From Bdellovibrio sp. (GTDB taxonomy: Bacteria > Bdellovibrionota > Bdellovibrionia > Bdellovibrionales > Bdellovibrionaceae): a stretch of DNA of 16,153 nucleotides. The notes below the pieces were generated by a model, which saw only the letters and a program-made list of their open reading frames with translations, was not told where the DNA came from and did no database searches. Positions 6,934 to 15,908 of this stretch are shown here, in pieces. Within the stretch, counting starts at the first letter, position 1. Each line of letters begins with the position of its first letter. Made by a program: the position numbers and the translations under genes. The DNA is taken from assembly GCA_046318155.1 (NCBI GenBank), contig JBKCUU010000039.1, positions 1 through 16,153 of the forward strand, in the 5' to 3' direction.

Positions 6934-8400
6934 GTGCGCCGGTCTGCCGTTGTTATCCTGATGATGGGCTTCAATCTATTGGGCCTGTCCGCACATGCCG
7001 TTCCGCAGAGCTCATCTGTTCTCCCGCTGGGGGATGGTTCGGTCCGCCCCGTTAAGACCGAGACCCGAGGCGCTGTTCGCTACGAATTCACGCAGTACTC
7101 GGTCCCCAGCGAAAATGATCCAAAACTCAACCAATCGCAGCTCATAGCCGCTGATCTTCAGTTGGGCTTAAAGACCGAAAACACCGCGTCCAAAATGGAT
7201 TTCACCGGTGGCAAGTACCTTGATCTCAACAACTCTTATTTCTCGGTGCAAGAACTCTACACGTCGCGTGGCTTTCAGCGGGACGCGATCACCGTTGCGG
7301 TCGGCCGAAAGATCGAATTTTGGAGCCAAGTTGATCGAGACTGGGAGCTCGGTTTATGGGAGCCTAAGTACAACATCGACTCTTTGCGCCCTGTGAATCA
7401 AGGTCTGACAGGTGTGTTTCTAAAAATGCAAAATGGCCTTTGGGAGTTTTCGTCTTACCTGTCACCCATTTTTGTCCCGACGATCAATCCCGATATCAGC
7501 GAAAAAAACGGATCTTTGCGTTCGGACTCGCGCTGGTTCAAAACGCCAGCGAACGAGGGTCAAGTTCTCAACCGCGACACCCGATTGGTTTACTCGATTT
7601 CAGTGCCAGAGCTCAGCAAGTTGGTTGGAAAGCCCGGCGCTGGCATGCGCTTACGCTTTGGCGGACGCGGAGAACCCGGTCTTTGGGCCTCAGCCAATTT
7701 CGCACGCAAACCCATTAATAGTTTGTTTATTCAATACGACTACAACTTGTACCTCGCGGCGTCGGGCAGTCAGGCTGAAGTCGAAGTGACGCCGACAGTT
7801 TCTTACCACCGCATCTACGGGGCTGATCTGGGTTGGGCGTTCTCGAAAGCCATGGTGTCGGCGTCTTTTTTGACTGACGAGCCCGAAACCCAGAAGCCTG
7901 AGAATGAGCGCGATCAGGCGACCAATGAAAATACGACAGACTGGATTAAGCAAGAACCGGGTCGCCTCAAAGTCTACGCCCTTCACGCAGAAACTAAAGC
8001 CTTGATTCCACGCTTTTTTGAGCCCGTCGCCATCAGCTTGGATTATATCAAAGCTGATGAACAAGAGACCCGTGACATCGATGCTAAAGGCGACGTTCGC
8101 GGCGCCATGTTTCCGTACCGCGTGAATTTCGCCAATGCAGCTTCACTCAAAACGACGGTCTCCACCGCGCTTTTTGCAAAGCCGTTTCTGGTGAGCTTTC
8201 GCTACCTGCGGGATTTTGATCAGCAGGGAAGTCTGTGGACCTTGATGGGTCAGTATGCACCCGCCCGAGATTGGTCTTTGCACGCGGGCGTCGACATTCT
8301 TGGATCCGACGATACATCGACTGGAAACACATCAAAACGCTTCTTGAATCAGTTTCGCGCCAACGACCGCTTTTACGGGGGCCTTAGTTATGTTTTCTAA
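6934..8400 (+). CDS. Hypothetical outer-membrane beta-barrel protein (~488 aa)
   Basis: GTG at 6934 with RBS GAGGGG (alternative ATG at 6895); signal peptide ending LSAHA; many alternating aromatic/Gly beta-strands; C-terminal BAM-type signal FYGGLSYVF. Confidence 0.75.
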   Translation: MRRSAVVILMMGFNLLGLSAHAVPQSSSVLPLGDGSVRPVKTETRGAVRYEFTQYSVPSENDPKLNQSQLIAADLQLGLKTENTASKMDFTGGKYLDLNNSYFSVQELYTSRGFQRDAITVAVGRKIEFWSQVDRDWELGLWEPKYNIDSLRPVNQGLTGVFLKMQNGLWEFSSYLSPIFVPTINPDISEKNGSLRSDSRWFKTPANEGQVLNRDTRLVYSISVPELSKLVGKPGAGMRLRFGGRGEPGLWASANFARKPINSLFIQYDYNLYLAASGSQAEVEVTPTVSYHRIYGADLGWAFSKAMVSASFLTDEPETQKPENERDQATNENTTDWIKQEPGRLKVYALHAETKALIPRFFEPVAISLDYIKADEQETRDIDAKGDVRGAMFPYRVNFANAASLKTTVSTALFAKPFLVSFRYLRDFDQQGSLWTLMGQYAPARDWSLHAGVDILGSDDTSTGNTSKRFLNQFRANDRFYGGLSYVF

Positions 8401-8424
8401 TATGTTTTCTGATATGTTTTCTAA
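8389..8424 (+). repeat. 3 x 12-bp tandem repeat TATGTTTTCT(A/G)A at the stop/start overlap
   Basis: Units at 8389-8400, 8401-8412 and 8413-8424. Confidence 0.95.
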
Positions 8425-11400
8425 ACTGATGTCCGCCCTTCTTTTGATCAGTCTGACGTTAGCGAGCTGTTCTCTGCCCGTGAACGAAGAGGCCCCTGTT
8501 GTAGAATCTCCCGAAGCCAAGCTTGGCTTTGACTCAAAATGTTTGAAAGATGCGCTTCCGGTTCTCAAAGGCTTTATCAGCGGCGAAGCCAAGGCGATTG
8601 AAGTCGAAGGTGTCTGGAATTGCTTCGGCGGCGCCATTGATTTATTTTACCGCAAGGTCAAAGGTAGCAACAAAAATGAATATACAGCGCGCGAGATCGC
8701 TCGCTTTTTTGAAGACTACTTTCTGGCTGAAAACACGAAAATTTCCGACCCGCTCTTAATCGAACTCATGCGTCTCAAGCAAATTTTTGTCGGCGGAAGT
8801 GCCGAGAAGCTCACCAAAGATGAACTGCGCAAACTGACCGCCTTCTCGATCGAGGCGCGTGACCTGTCGATTGATCTTTTGCCGTACATGAAAGTCTACT
8901 CCTTGAATTGGAAGGTCCGTGTAAGCAAAGACCTGGACGCCGATCTGAAGTTTTTTGAAGAGGCCAATGAGCAGGTACAAACCGCAGCGAAGCGGATCGG
9001 CGACCGGATCGGCTCCAATGGCCAGTCCTACAGTCTGGATCATTTTTCGAGTTTACTGGAGCAGCTCGAGGTTCACTTCGGCGAAAACTGGAGTTTCATC
9101 GAGACGGTTCGTAAAGTGTTACCCCTGGTGAAAAAACTGAAAAAGTCTTTAGTCGGCGGCGATGAGAGCGAAGTTGCAGCTCTTGAATGGCGCCGGTTTG
9201 GTTTGCTGGGTGCACGCGGGTATGTCCAATATTTGCGTTACTATTATTTCGTGGCTCATGCGCCTAACGATGCCGGTGGTCGGAACTTCATGTACCTGGC
9301 AAATTCGGCCGATGACTTGTTTTCGTATTTGGGCGACATGGTCCGCGAAAAACCCGATGGAAAGTTTCGTAAAACAGAGCTCGTCGAAATCATTGAATGT
9401 CTCAATGCCTTGTTTCCAAATCTCACGAGCACGCCCGAGCTGATCGACCAGGCGATGAAACTCAAGCAACTTTTGTTTGGCGGAAATGCCGAAGAGTTTA
9501 TTCCTTTAGAGTTCGACCGCGCTCGCACGAAAGTTGATGTGATTCGGATCTTGGTTGAAAGGGCCTACCTGTATTTTGATCTGTATACTTTGGACTGGCG
9601 TCCTGAGAATCTGTCGCCCGAAGACGCGCAAAAGTACTTTGCTGACGCTGAAACCAACCTGATCGAGATTAGTTCACGCTTGGGTCAGTTAATGGAAACG
9701 CAGTACGACCTCCGTGATCTGGTGAGGCTCGCGCAGGAGCTCTCGCGCCTCCTGCCTCCTGAACCGGGTCAGCCCAGCTGGGGCGAAACGATGGAGAAGT
9801 ACATGCCGGTCGTCGTGGCTGGCAAAAATATCATCGTGAATGATAACAGTTCGGTGGTGCTTCTCCATCAGTGGACGGCTTTTTTGAGTTCGGTCGCCGA
9901 CATTTATGCTAAGTACCTTCAGTACGATTACTTTGTGAAAGGCCGCACCTGGACCGAAGGTGCCGGCTTGCGCGGACTTTCAAACTTGGTCACAACTGCG
10001 ACAGGATCCTTAGATCGCATGCTGGGTCTACGCACGGTTCGCCGCAACCCTTCGGTTATTCGATTTGCCGAGATTGAGCGTCTCGTGCTTTCGCTCGAGA
10101 GCGCGGATCTTTTACCTGATAGGTTCGATGCCGCTGCGATCAAGCCCTTAATCAAAATTGTTCTTCAGCGATTTTTGCTAAGTCCGTCGCGCCGTTTGTC
10201 GGGCGAAGTGCCACAAGGTCTCACAACCGAAGGGACCAAGGCGCTGCGGACCGAGTTTGGCTTGTGGGCCGAGGGTCAGTCGTTCATTCAATTGATTCAT
10301 AAATCACCGCCAGCACGGGGTGGCTACTCCGGAACGCAGCTCTTGCATCTCATTGATGGCGTCAAGCCGAGTACCGCGTTGAAAGAAATGCGGATGTCTT
10401 TGGTCACGCCCGTGCCGCTGACGTTCGATTCATTGGGCCGCCGGTATAGGTCAGATGTTCGCCCGCTTCTGTATTCGCGCAAGTCGATCGATCATCTCAA
10501 TCTGGCTCGGGCCCTCGTGCGCTTGGTGGTCAATGGTTATGCGGGGGACATGGACCGGATTCGAAGCTACAAGGGCATCACGAATGCTGAAGCCAATGTG
10601 CTTTTTGCGGATTTTAAATCTTTCGCGGTTCGCTTAGGTTTGATCGAGGCGGGTAACACCACGTTTGCAGATAGCCGGTTTCGCGAAGCCAATTTATTTG
10701 CTCCCCATGGGGACGGGAATGAGTTGTTGAGTCACCGTGAAAGTGTGGACTTAGTCTTGCTCATTATGTCGGGACTGGATCTTGATGAGTCGATGCAGGC
10801 CGCCTTCAAGAGCTCATGCAATGTGTTTCGCGCACGTCAAAGCCGTGACAGCAGAATTTCACTACGTTGTTTTCTCACGATGTACCGACGTCAATTTCCC
10901 GCCGTCTTTACGTCGGTTCCGCAGTTCGCCTCCTTCATGTCTCAACTGCCGGCCGGATCTGGAGTTGATCTGCTTGAGTTCGACTTGATGATGATCAATT
11001 TGTTGAAAGCCGCCGGCTGGGTTGATGATCAGTCGGGCCGGATCAAGCTCGGCGATACGGGATTAGTTCCGCACGTCATTCAGTACATTGAAGCCGTGAT
11101 GAATCGCTTTGATTTAAGCAAAGACGGTCTGCTTGATCGCGATGAAGCCTTAGCGGCGTTTCCGGTTTTTCGCGAGACGCTGAAATTTGTCGCCAAAAAC
11201 GATCAAGACAAAGTTTTGCGCGGTGCTTTTGCTTACATCCTCGTCAAAGGAAAAGCGCCCGAAACGCCGGGTGAGAAACTGCATTTCATCACTGTCTGGG
11301 TAAACCAAGAAAAAACTTGGCCGATTATGGCCGACCGTCGCCAACTCGGCACGGTTTTGGGCTACATCGCAGATGCCATGGCCAAAGGTTCAGCGGACCA

Positions 11401-11428
11401 GGCATCGCCTTCGAGCGCGGAATTCTAA
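8390..11428 (+). CDS. Large alpha-helical lipoprotein with internal repeats and a C-terminal EF-hand (~1012 aa)
   Basis: Lipobox LASC (Cys codon 8468-8470) after a hydrophobic stretch; recurring LKxxxxGG..xxxE motifs; canonical EF loop DLSKDGLLDRDE at 11111-11146; start overlaps the barrel stop codon. Confidence 0.85.
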   Translation: MFSNMFSDMFSKLMSALLLISLTLASCSLPVNEEAPVVESPEAKLGFDSKCLKDALPVLKGFISGEAKAIEVEGVWNCFGGAIDLFYRKVKGSNKNEYTAREIARFFEDYFLAENTKISDPLLIELMRLKQIFVGGSAEKLTKDELRKLTAFSIEARDLSIDLLPYMKVYSLNWKVRVSKDLDADLKFFEEANEQVQTAAKRIGDRIGSNGQSYSLDHFSSLLEQLEVHFGENWSFIETVRKVLPLVKKLKKSLVGGDESEVAALEWRRFGLLGARGYVQYLRYYYFVAHAPNDAGGRNFMYLANSADDLFSYLGDMVREKPDGKFRKTELVEIIECLNALFPNLTSTPELIDQAMKLKQLLFGGNAEEFIPLEFDRARTKVDVIRILVERAYLYFDLYTLDWRPENLSPEDAQKYFADAETNLIEISSRLGQLMETQYDLRDLVRLAQELSRLLPPEPGQPSWGETMEKYMPVVVAGKNIIVNDNSSVVLLHQWTAFLSSVADIYAKYLQYDYFVKGRTWTEGAGLRGLSNLVTTATGSLDRMLGLRTVRRNPSVIRFAEIERLVLSLESADLLPDRFDAAAIKPLIKIVLQRFLLSPSRRLSGEVPQGLTTEGTKALRTEFGLWAEGQSFIQLIHKSPPARGGYSGTQLLHLIDGVKPSTALKEMRMSLVTPVPLTFDSLGRRYRSDVRPLLYSRKSIDHLNLARALVRLVVNGYAGDMDRIRSYKGITNAEANVLFADFKSFAVRLGLIEAGNTTFADSRFREANLFAPHGDGNELLSHRESVDLVLLIMSGLDLDESMQAAFKSSCNVFRARQSRDSRISLRCFLTMYRRQFPAVFTSVPQFASFMSQLPAGSGVDLLEFDLMMINLLKAAGWVDDQSGRIKLGDTGLVPHVIQYIEAVMNRFDLSKDGLLDRDEALAAFPVFRETLKFVAKNDQDKVLRGAFAYILVKGKAPETPGEKLHFITVWVNQEKTWPIMADRRQLGTVLGYIADAMAKGSADQASPSSAEF

Positions 11429-11961
11429 AACTTATTTTTGAACATCATCGACTCAACGGGAAGTGATGTCTTGCCGTTATATTTGGCCGAGGCTTTTTGA
11501 TTGTAAGGCACCAGAAGCTCGCCCTTGATTTCGAAATAGATCAGTTGACCAATCGGCATCCCTGCGTAAACGCGGACAGGTTGCTTGACCGAGATCTCAA
11601 GTGTCCAAAAATTGCAAAAGCCGACATCGCCTTTGCCAGCGGTGGCGTGGATGTCGATCCCTAAGCGTCCCACCGAAGATTTCCCTTCGAGGAAAGGCAC
11701 GTGCTCAAAGGTCTCGGTATACTCTTCGGTTACGCCCAAATAAAAGTGCGAGGGCTCAAGGATAAAGCCTTCAGGAGGAATTTCAAAACTTTGGATTTCG
11801 TTGTGCTTGCGAGCATCCAAAATGCGGTCGTTGTAAGTGGCCAGCGTTTTGCCGAGGTGAACGTCGTAAGAATTGGAACCAAGACACTCGGGGCGAAAGG
11901 GTTCGACCTTGATCGACCCCTTTTCCATGTGAGCCAAAATTTCTTTATCCGTTAGGATCAC
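11425..11961 (-). CDS. dcd: dCTP deaminase (178 aa)
   Basis: [35 protein letters not shown] and IGQL motifs; GTG start overlaps the rpmG stop. Confidence 0.96.
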   Translation of the reverse strand: MILTDKEILAHMEKGSIKVEPFRPECLGSNSYDVHLGKTLATYNDRILDARKHNEIQSFEIPPEGFILEPSHFYLGVTEEYTETFEHVPFLEGKSSVGRLGIDIHATAGKGDVGFCNFWTLEISVKQPVRVYAGMPIGQLIYFEIKGELLVPYNQKASAKYNGKTSLPVESMMFKNKF

Positions 11962-12137
11962 TTGGTCTCTCGGTGGAGAGTGTGCTTACGCATATTGGGA
12001 TTGTATTTCATTTTTTCCATACGTCCCGGCGTCTTCTGTTTGTTTTTCGTCGTTGTATAACGAGAAACAGGGACCTTCGCTGTTTTTGCTTCAGTACATT
12101 CCAACGTGACGATGATGCGTCCACTTTTTTTTGCCAT
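11958..12137 (-). CDS. rpmG: 50S ribosomal protein L33 (59 aa)
   Basis: Manual translation [66 protein letters not shown]; apparently below the ORF track length cutoff. Confidence 0.96.
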   Translation of the reverse strand: MAKKSGRIIVTLECTEAKTAKVPVSRYTTTKNKQKTPGRMEKMKYNPNMRKHTLHRETK

Positions 12138-12245
12138 GATAGGACCTCGCTAAACGATTTAACTGCCACCCCGGAGGGCTCTTATATGCCGCCCATTGGG
12201 CTTCGCAAGAGTCGTAGAATTAACAAATAGTCGCGTGAACATCAA

Positions 12246-12274
12246 TAGACCTTTTGACGAAATCAAAGTATCAT
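12246..12274 (+). promoter_or_regulatory. Putative sigma70 promoter for the ChaN-family gene
   Basis: TAGACC-N17-TATCAT, 23 bp upstream of the ATG at 12298. Confidence 0.35.
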
Positions 12275-12297
12275 CACAGCAGCCACGAGGTTTTTTT

Positions 12298-13176
12298 ATG
12301 TTATTGAAATTACTCTTGTTTTTTGCCCCCTTGAGTCTGTCTTTGGCGTTTTTTGCAGAAGCGGCCCCGGCGGGACGTCTTTTGCGGGGCACGGATTTGC
12401 AAAATGTGAGTGTTTTACAGGCGACCCAGGGGATTGCGGCTGGTGATATCGTCGTCATCGGTGAAGAGCACGGACAGGCGATGAGCCAGGCGGGTCAGCT
12501 CGAGATCCTACGCGCCTTAAGGGCGCGGGGGCTTCGGGTCAGCGTCGCCATGGAATTTTTTGAGTACCCCTTTCAAGCGCTTGTTGATCAATACCGGGCA
12601 GGCACTTTGCCCGAACCTGATTTCTTATCAAGCATCGGGTGGGGATCGGGCTTCGCCTTTGATTTTTATCGTGAACAGGTTCTGTTTCCTCAAGGCAGTG
12701 AAGGCGGGCGGACGGTCGCTTTGAATATTCCTCGCGCCGTGACCTCGCAAGTCGCCAGAAAAGGCCTGTCCTCTTTGACGCCCGATCAGCGACTGTTGCT
12801 GCCGCCGGATTTTACGCGCGGAAATGACCGGTACTTTGAACGTTTTAAAAAGGCAGTCGGTGGACACCTACCGGATGCCGCTGCCGCCGAGCGCTATTTC
12901 TTAGCGCAAAGTCTGTGGGATGAAACGATGGCCTGGCAAGCACTCAAGGCCGTTGATACTGACCCGGGACAGGTGCTCGTGATTATCGTCGGTGAATTTC
13001 ACGCGCAATACGGTGGTGGATTGCCAGATCGCCTCAAAGCGCGCGGAGCTCGCCAGGTTTGGACATTTTCAGAAATCAATCTTGAAGGTTTGACTGAGCA
13101 AGAGCAGCTCAAGCAAATTCAGCCGGACTCGATTGATGGCGCACGCGCTCAGTTCCTGTGGGTTTGGGAGAAGTAA
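12298..13176 (+). CDS. ChaN/PhuW-family secreted protein (haem-binding uptake, EreA/ChaN-like fold, 292 aa)
   Basis: Signal peptide MLLKLLLFFAPLSLSLAFFAEA; motifs VVIGEEH, VAMEFF, ALNIPR, AQSLWDETMA and IVGEFH; RBS GAGG. Confidence 0.85.
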   Translation: MLLKLLLFFAPLSLSLAFFAEAAPAGRLLRGTDLQNVSVLQATQGIAAGDIVVIGEEHGQAMSQAGQLEILRALRARGLRVSVAMEFFEYPFQALVDQYRAGTLPEPDFLSSIGWGSGFAFDFYREQVLFPQGSEGGRTVALNIPRAVTSQVARKGLSSLTPDQRLLLPPDFTRGNDRYFERFKKAVGGHLPDAAAAERYFLAQSLWDETMAWQALKAVDTDPGQVLVIIVGEFHAQYGGGLPDRLKARGARQVWTFSEINLEGLTEQEQLKQIQPDSIDGARAQFLWVWEK

Positions 13177-13311
13177 CCAAAAGGCCGCATGGGACCGAAG
13201 TCGAGTCAAGACGGGTCTGGCCGAGCGCTGCTTGAGGCAAACGAAAAACTACGACATAGTGGAACTATTGAAGGCGCCCCCTCAAGTGGGTGTTTTTGGG
13301 GAGTTCCAACT

Positions 13312-13722
13312 ATGTTTCCTCCGACAACCAAGATTCTGCTCGTTGACGACATGCCGACGATTCGTGATCTTGTCAAAAATCAACTGCGCACCATGGGTTT
13401 TAAAAACATCATCGAAGCCGCTGATGGCGAAGCCGCTTTGAACACGGTAATCAGTCAGGCGTCGGCCGGAACACCCGTCGAATTGATCGTTTCAGATTGG
13501 AACATGCCCAAGATGACCGGTCTCGAATTTTTGAAACAAATCCGTGCCTCGGAGCAATTTGCGAAAATACCTTTTGTTTTGCTGACCTCAGAGTCCGATC
13601 GCGAACAAGTGACTGAAGCCATCATGGCCGGTGTCAGCCAGTACGTCGTTAAACCCTTCGCAGCGAAAGCCTTTGAAGAGAAATTAAGGGGCGTTTGGAC
13701 CAAGTTTAGCGCTGCGACTTAA
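13312..13722 (+). CDS. Single-domain CheY-like response regulator (136 aa)
   Basis: ILLVDD, IVSDWNMPKMTG (phospho-Asp), LLTSE and YVVKPF; RBS GGGGAG before the ATG at 13312. Confidence 0.93.
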   Translation: MFPPTTKILLVDDMPTIRDLVKNQLRTMGFKNIIEAADGEAALNTVISQASAGTPVELIVSDWNMPKMTGLEFLKQIRASEQFAKIPFVLLTSESDREQVTEAIMAGVSQYVVKPFAAKAFEEKLRGVWTKFSAAT

Positions 13723-13807
13723 GCCTCGAAGCGGCCGCTGCTTGTTTTTCCGCCCTTCGGGCTCCGCTTCATCACAGATGGCCGTTCATTTTTAGCAACG
13801 CCCCCGT

Positions 13808-15739
13808 TTAGCTGACTCGCTTTAATTTTTTGTTCGGAGACCATTGGTCGATCCAGGGGACTTGGATGTAAAGGTCGGTGCCTTTGCCCACAATGGATTT
13901 GACCCAGGCTTTTCCGCCCAAAGCGGTTGCTGCTTTTTGAATTGCATCCATGCCGACGCCGCGGCCCGAAAGATCAGTCACCACATCGCGAGTTGAAAAT
14001 TGCGAATCAAAAATATGCTGGATCGTTTGTTCATCCGATTCGCCTTCGACTGCCAGACCCAGCCCTTGCAATTTTGCACGGATGCGCTCGGGGTCAATAC
14101 CGGCGCCGTCGTCTTGAATGCAAAACACAAGTTGATCGCCTTCACGTTCAAAGCGCACGGTCACTTGACCCGCCGTGGGTTTGCCGCGCTCCTGGCGAAA
14201 ATCCGGAGTTTCAATCGCGTGATCGGCGGCATTTCGAAACGCGTGAATCAAGGTGCCCAGTAGATTTTCATAAGGCTCCGGTAAAAGTTTGAACTCGGGA
14301 TTCTTAAACTGAATTGGCGCAATCTCTTTGCCTTGGCGTTCGGCCACGCTTTGCATCACTTCGTTGTAGTGGGTGAAGTGATGCATCGCCGGTTCAAACA
14401 GAAAAGTTTCTTGAAACGCCATTCTTGATTTTGCCAAAGACGAAAAACCTAAGTGAATATCAGAAAATTCACTGAACTTCGAAGCGGGCGCTTCGACCCA
14501 GCGCTCGGCCAGCTTTTGCATATTACCCAGGATCATTTCGTTGTTTTTCAAAAACCGATCGAACAGAGGTGATAATTCAAGGCACTGATTTGACAGTTTT
14601 TCTTTTGAGGCCTGATTTTGAAAGCTCTTGTATTCAGCCAGTAAAGTTTCGGCCGTGTGGCAATGATCGGCAAATTCTTTGACCGAAAAGGTCGCGGCTC
14701 CGCCCTTAAGGGTGTGAAGTAGGCGAAATGTCAACTCAGAGTCGGGTGCGGGTTTCACGATTTCGACGCTGAGCTCTTTGAGCATCGCTTCGGATTCTCG
14801 AATGAAGCTTGCGACCTGGCGGCGGTTTTTGATCAGTTGCAAAATCATCGAGGCGTGTGCGCGCTCAAGCTCAGCTGCGCGCTGGGCGAGCACCAGCGAA
14901 GTGATATCAGTTGCGACCACAACGACTCCCTCTATGGCGCCGGCTTCTGTTCGCATGGGGTAGTATTGCAGTTCAATTTCTTTGCCCTGAGAGTGAGGAA
15001 AACGTGGTGGTCCCAATTGCGCCAGATCTTCGAACGGAAGCATTTCGGCAAAGACCGTCTGCGTCCACTTCTGAAATCCGGGAACTTGTTTTTTACTCAA
15101 ACCGAGGACATTCCAAATTTTTTGGCCGCGAGGATCTTTTTCCAGTGTGGTCTCACAGGCTTTCGACGCAATCTCAAGAACATCGCCGCCTTGATTAAAG
15201 ATCAAGAACCCTTGTCCTAGGCTGTCGAGCAAGGCTTTCATGAGCTGATTTAATTTCGAGAGCTCGGCCGTTCGCTCGGCGACTTTGATTTCCAAGTTTT
15301 TTGAATAGTCTTCGAGTTCAGCCTGGGCCTTTTCGAGTTCTTTGATGTAGCCCTCTTTTTGTTCGAACTCTTTACGGTACTTTTTTTGAAGAGTCTCTTC
15401 GAGCGTCACATCACGAAAGAAGACCAACCAAGAAACCGGTTGCTCGTTCTCAACAGCAAAGGGCTGAAACGTCACTTGGACTTTGCCATCTTTGCCAGAT
15501 TCAGTCGAAAATTTGACCTCTTGATAAGGGCTCGAGTCCTTAAGAGTACAGAGGTTCGCCAAACCTTCGAGAGGAACTTCAAATTTAAAAATTTGATCAA
15601 AAGGGAGGCCCGATCGGATCAGCTTGCGCGCCGACAAGTCGGTGAGGAGGGCGGCAGGTTCATTGCAATAGGTGATCTTCTTCTCGTGGTTGAGAACAAA
15701 GGTCGGCTCCAGCAGCATGTCAAAAATTTTAGTGTCCAT
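13808..15739 (-). CDS. CheA-like (class II) histidine kinase: PAS, coiled coil, PAS, Hpt, HATPase; no CheW domain (~643 aa)
   Basis: PAS ends FFRDVT and VATDIT; Hpt RLLHTLKGGA; N-box HAFRNAADHAIE, G1 DDGAGID, F-box IFDSQFST, G2 SGRGVGMD; protein ends shortly after the ATPase domain. ATG at 15739 (alternative 15769). Confidence 0.9.
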   Translation of the reverse strand: MDTKIFDMLLEPTFVLNHEKKITYCNEPAALLTDLSARKLIRSGLPFDQIFKFEVPLEGLANLCTLKDSSPYQEVKFSTESGKDGKVQVTFQPFAVENEQPVSWLVFFRDVTLEETLQKKYRKEFEQKEGYIKELEKAQAELEDYSKNLEIKVAERTAELSKLNQLMKALLDSLGQGFLIFNQGGDVLEIASKACETTLEKDPRGQKIWNVLGLSKKQVPGFQKWTQTVFAEMLPFEDLAQLGPPRFPHSQGKEIELQYYPMRTEAGAIEGVVVVATDITSLVLAQRAAELERAHASMILQLIKNRRQVASFIRESEAMLKELSVEIVKPAPDSELTFRLLHTLKGGAATFSVKEFADHCHTAETLLAEYKSFQNQASKEKLSNQCLELSPLFDRFLKNNEMILGNMQKLAERWVEAPASKFSEFSDIHLGFSSLAKSRMAFQETFLFEPAMHHFTHYNEVMQSVAERQGKEIAPIQFKNPEFKLLPEPYENLLGTLIHAFRNAADHAIETPDFRQERGKPTAGQVTVRFEREGDQLVFCIQDDGAGIDPERIRAKLQGLGLAVEGESDEQTIQHIFDSQFSTRDVVTDLSGRGVGMDAIQKAATALGGKAWVKSIVGKGTDLYIQVPWIDQWSPNKKLKRVS

Positions 15740-15908
15740 CTCGTCCCCGCGTTCACCATGACTGTTCATTCATCGGTGTATAGAGGCACTTGCTCGACAG
15801 ACAAAGGTCGGGGATTTGCTGGGAAGTTCTCCACAAACACAGAGCTCAAGTCTCATAATACGGCATGGCCAAAAGAGCGACATTTTTCATGCATCAAGTT
15901 GAGGCCAC

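Noticed and set aside
13201..13227. TCGA-N15-GCCGAGCG as a sigma28 promoter for the CheY-like gene
   Set aside because: The -10 box lacks the conserved TA; only 5/8 match.
13728..13770. GAAGCGG...CCGCTTC inverted repeat with inner GCCC-TTC-GGGC between convergent genes
   Set aside because: Short stems, large loop and no adjacent U-tract, so it cannot be called a terminator.
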